NCBI GenBank assembly: GCA_048938855.1
Contig: JBHLLT010000011.1
Span: 1-64,000, forward strand
Reading direction: 5' to 3'
DNA length: 64,000 nt
Origin: Promethearchaeota archaeon
GTDB taxonomy: Archaea > Asgardarchaeota > Lokiarchaeia > Sigyniarchaeales > SOKP01
Every line of letters begins with the position of its first letter. Position 1 is the stretch's first letter. Below the pieces are notes generated by a model. That model had not been told where the DNA came from. It searched no databases and saw only the letters and a program-made list of their open reading frames with translations. The translations under genes and the position numbers were made by a program. Shown here in pieces: positions 61,045 to 64,000 of this stretch.

Positions 61045-61800
61045 ATGAGCCCTATAAAATTAATCGGATTTGACTTGGATGATTGTTTATTTGATTCAAC
61101 TGGTTTATCTGAGAAAGCAAGAATTAAAGGTCTCGATGCAATGATTAGATTGGGATTAGATATTGATAAAGAGAATGCTGTTCGGATTTTAAGGGAAATA
61201 GTGAATGAATATGGCTCAAATTCCTCAAAACATTACAATTATTTCATAAGAAGATTAAATCAAATGGAGGATAGTATTAAAAATATTTCCTATAATGATA
61301 GTTATAAATATATAGCAGCAGCAGTCATGGCATATCATACAGAAAAGGTAAATTCTATAAAACTTTATGAGGACGTAGAAGAGAATTTGAATAAATTAAA
61401 AGAACTCTCAATAAAAACAGTCATTATAACTGATGGAATTCCGATAAAGCAATATGAGAAAATTTTAAGACTTAATATTGATAAATTAATTGATTTAGTA
61501 GTTATATCCGATGAAATTGGTATAAAAAAGCCCAACCCAGAATTATTTAATTATTGTTTGAAAAAATTTGGAGTTAATGGCCGAGAGACCATATATGTTG
61601 GAGATCGTATTGATATGGACATAATTCCAGCTAATTTAAACGATATATATAGTGTTTATGTACATCGTGGAGGTAAATATGATAGTTATAAAGCAAATCT
61701 TTCTATTCAAGGAGATTTTCAGCCAGATTATGAGATAACAAATTTAAGCGAATTATTTAATATAATCCAAGAGATTAACGCGAAAGAAAAAAGTTTATAG
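61045..61800 (+). CDS. HAD-superfamily hydrolase
   Basis: FDLDDCL, IITDG, KKPNP, YVGDR..DI. Confidence 0.92.
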   Translation: MSPIKLIGFDLDDCLFDSTGLSEKARIKGLDAMIRLGLDIDKENAVRILREIVNEYGSNSSKHYNYFIRRLNQMEDSIKNISYNDSYKYIAAAVMAYHTEKVNSIKLYEDVEENLNKLKELSIKTVIITDGIPIKQYEKILRLNIDKLIDLVVISDEIGIKKPNPELFNYCLKKFGVNGRETIYVGDRIDMDIIPANLNDIYSVYVHRGGKYDSYKANLSIQGDFQPDYEITNLSELFNIIQEINAKEKSL

Positions 61801-61808
61801 TATTTAAA

Positions 61809-62627
61809 ATGAGAGTCGCATGTATTCAACCCGAATTATTTGAAAATAGAGAGAAATGCTATAAAGAAATAGAAAATATTTTAAAAAAATTGTTAGAAAC
61901 ACATAAAAATTGTGAAATAATATGCCTTCCAGAAAGATGGGTGCCTTATTTTAGAGACTTAAATCAAAATTTTCAAGAACAAAGGGGAAATGACTATACC
62001 TTTATTAAAAATTTGGCTAAAGATTATAATCTCAAAGTGATATCAGGTGCAATTTGGGAGAAACGGACCAATTCAAAAAAACCTGCAATAACATGTTATT
62101 TTTTTGATGAAAATGGTGAAGAAATTGGAAGACAAGATAAAATTCACTTATATTCTTATGAACGTGAACATTTTGAACCTGGTAAGGAATTACAGATATT
62201 TAAATTACGAAATTCATATTGCTTCACAATCCTTATTTGTTTTGATATGGCATTTTTTGAAACTCCTAGATTGGCTGTAGAAAATGGTACTGACCTTTTA
62301 TTTTCACCTACTCAAATCAGGGAAGATGGGATGTTAAACTGGCACGTATATCTACAAGCGCGTGCTTTAGAGAATCGAGTACCCATTGTGGCTTGTAATA
62401 CCTTTGGTTCTTATTTGAAAAGAAATTTTGTAGGTAATAGTAAAATAATTTCTTTTTATAAAGGAAATATATCTCCATCTAAACTAAAAATTACTGAAGC
62501 CCCTAAAGGTAAAAGTGGTTTTGCCTTTGATGATTTAGATTTAACCTTCCCTAGAAAATTGAGAGAAATTCGTTTTAAAGAAAGAATCGATAAAACCAAA
62601 ATCAAAATTAATATAATTAGTACATAA
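61809..62627 (+). CDS. carbon-nitrogen hydrolase (nitrilase family)
   Basis: LPE, KIHL, ICFD catalytic E-K-C triad; ARALEN. Confidence 0.9.
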   Translation: MRVACIQPELFENREKCYKEIENILKKLLETHKNCEIICLPERWVPYFRDLNQNFQEQRGNDYTFIKNLAKDYNLKVISGAIWEKRTNSKKPAITCYFFDENGEEIGRQDKIHLYSYEREHFEPGKELQIFKLRNSYCFTILICFDMAFFETPRLAVENGTDLLFSPTQIREDGMLNWHVYLQARALENRVPIVACNTFGSYLKRNFVGNSKIISFYKGNISPSKLKITEAPKGKSGFAFDDLDLTFPRKLREIRFKERIDKTKIKINIIST

Positions 62628-62655
62628 GTAAAATCATTAAGATCCTTAAAATGAT

Positions 62656-63612
62656 ATGAGTGAATCAAAATATTTTAAAAAAATACTATTCTGTGGTTTG
62701 GAGAGTGGTGGAAAGACATCAATTTTATTGTTATTAGATAAAAAATTTAGTTTATTAGCCTCAGTTAAACCAACTATAAAAGCTAAAAGAACCTTTCATA
62801 CGAATTCATTATTAGGCACCACTATTGTTCGTTGGGATTTAGGTGGCCAAAAAGGTTATAGGAAAGTATATTTGGGTGATAAAAGTAAGTACTTTACTGA
62901 AATGCAATCAATATTTTATGTTATAGATATCCAAGCACCAAAAAAATTTGAGGAAGCTCTAACTTTCCTTAAGGATATTATAAATATCACTTCAGAATCG
63001 CGTCCTGAGAACTTTCAACTCTTAATTCTCCTCCATAAGTGCGATCCAGATATTAAAAATAAGAAAAATATCATTATTAACATCAAATTCTTAGAAAATG
63101 AAATTAAATCTATTTTAAAAGAAGTGAAATATTCTATTTTAAAAACTTCTATTTATGATGAACCAAGTTTATTAAAGGCTTTTTCTGATGGTGTTTTTTA
63201 TGCTACTCATCGATCAAAGATGTTTCAAACCTTATTAAAAGATTATATGGGCAAAACTTACAATAGCTCTACACTTTTATTAGATCAGAATTGTTTTATA
63301 ATCGCTAGTAGAAGTACTTATCAAGCTTATCAAGAAATTTGCGAAGCGATAGCCCCGAGATTAACTCAAGCTTTGGAAAAATTAGAAGAATGGGATATTA
63401 ACACAATTGACATTGTAACAAATATTGAATTTCCTGAAAAACAGTCAGAGTCTCAAAAAGAAGGGATTATTTTCTTAAGAAAACTAGATATTGAAGATAC
63501 TAGACTATATCTAGTTGCACTGTGTTTGAATAAGAATGTGAAGATCAAATCCTATGAATATTTACCGTTATTGGCAGAAAATTTAAAGAATTTATTAGAG
63601 GCATTTGATTAA
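62656..63612 (+). CDS. Rag/Gtr-like small GTPase with C-terminal roadblock-like domain
   Basis: GLESGGKTS, WDLGGQ, HKCD, TSIYDEPSLLKAFS; about 130-aa C-terminal domain with LLDQNCFIIAS. Confidence 0.8.
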   Translation: MSESKYFKKILFCGLESGGKTSILLLLDKKFSLLASVKPTIKAKRTFHTNSLLGTTIVRWDLGGQKGYRKVYLGDKSKYFTEMQSIFYVIDIQAPKKFEEALTFLKDIINITSESRPENFQLLILLHKCDPDIKNKKNIIINIKFLENEIKSILKEVKYSILKTSIYDEPSLLKAFSDGVFYATHRSKMFQTLLKDYMGKTYNSSTLLLDQNCFIIASRSTYQAYQEICEAIAPRLTQALEKLEEWDINTIDIVTNIEFPEKQSESQKEGIIFLRKLDIEDTRLYLVALCLNKNVKIKSYEYLPLLAENLKNLLEAFD

Positions 63613-63827
63613 AAATATATTTTAATCTAACGTCCATTTCTAATAATCTACTTTTTGATTTAAAATAAACCTTATCATTCAATTCATCGAAAGTTGTTAA
63701 AATTCTTTTTTTAATGAATTTTGGATAATAACTTTTACAATAAAAAATTTTAATTTTACTTCCAATCTCCTCTCTGGGGGTGGAGTTTAAATATATCTAT
63801 CCAAAATCAATTTAAAAAAAGGTAAAA

Positions 63828-64000
63828 ATGATGATTATAAAATCTAATGTAAATAAAAATTATATAGGTCCTAGAGCCCTATTTGACCCAAATTACATTC
63901 CCCCAAATTTATTATACAGAAAAAAAGAGGAGACTTCTCTATTTTCAATTTTGAAAGATTCAATATCTGATGAGTTTTGTCTTAACATCATTTATCATGG
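63828..64000 (+). CDS. cdc6: second Orc1/Cdc6 paralog, N terminus (truncated by window edge)
   Basis: Manual translation: ...ALFDPNYIPPNLLYRKKEE..LFSIL...NIIYHG, leading into Walker A. Confidence 0.75.
   Translation, partial: MMIIKSNVNKNYIGPRALFDPNYIPPNLLYRKKEETSLFSILKDSISDEFCLNIIYH

Noticed and set aside
837-62668. Numerous short antisense/overlapping ORFs in the track (e.g. 837..1097, 10217..10528, 17473..17739, 44092..44394, 60192..60458)
   Set aside because: Shadow ORFs overlapping well-supported genes, with no motifs.

Overview
AT-rich archaeal chromosome segment with the gene content of an Asgard archaeon, most likely Lokiarchaeia-like. This assignment is inferred from a Rag/Gtr-like GTPase, a longin/folliculin-like protein, roadblock, V4R, EMC6-like and MglA-like proteins alongside archaeal core genes. 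Core genes include rps17e, rpl3-rpl4-rpl23, rpl15e, two Orc1/Cdc6 paralogs, two TFB paralogs, class I LysRS, ABCE1, RqcH, RNase P proteins, tgtA, trm5 and three tRNAs, one with a non-canonical D-arm intron. Highlights: (1) an unannotated 15-aa Trp-rich leader ORF (MSILRNIAWQWLYWH) folded into a long hairpin followed by oligo-T tracts, directly upstream of the stand-alone trpB2, which suggests ribosome-coupled tryptophan attenuation in an Asgard archaeon; (2) a box C/D sRNA whose D guide predicts 2'-O-methylation of the 23S P-loop G2251; (3) a folliculin/NPRL2-like longin protein with the 'ARG' finger motif near a RagA-like GTPase-roadblock fusion; (4) a dispersed Tad/Flp-like pilus system with a bacterial-type Flp pilin, a leaderless pilin-like protein and a prepilin peptidase frameshifted in a T13 tract. 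No CRISPR array, rRNA or recognisable mobile element was seen.
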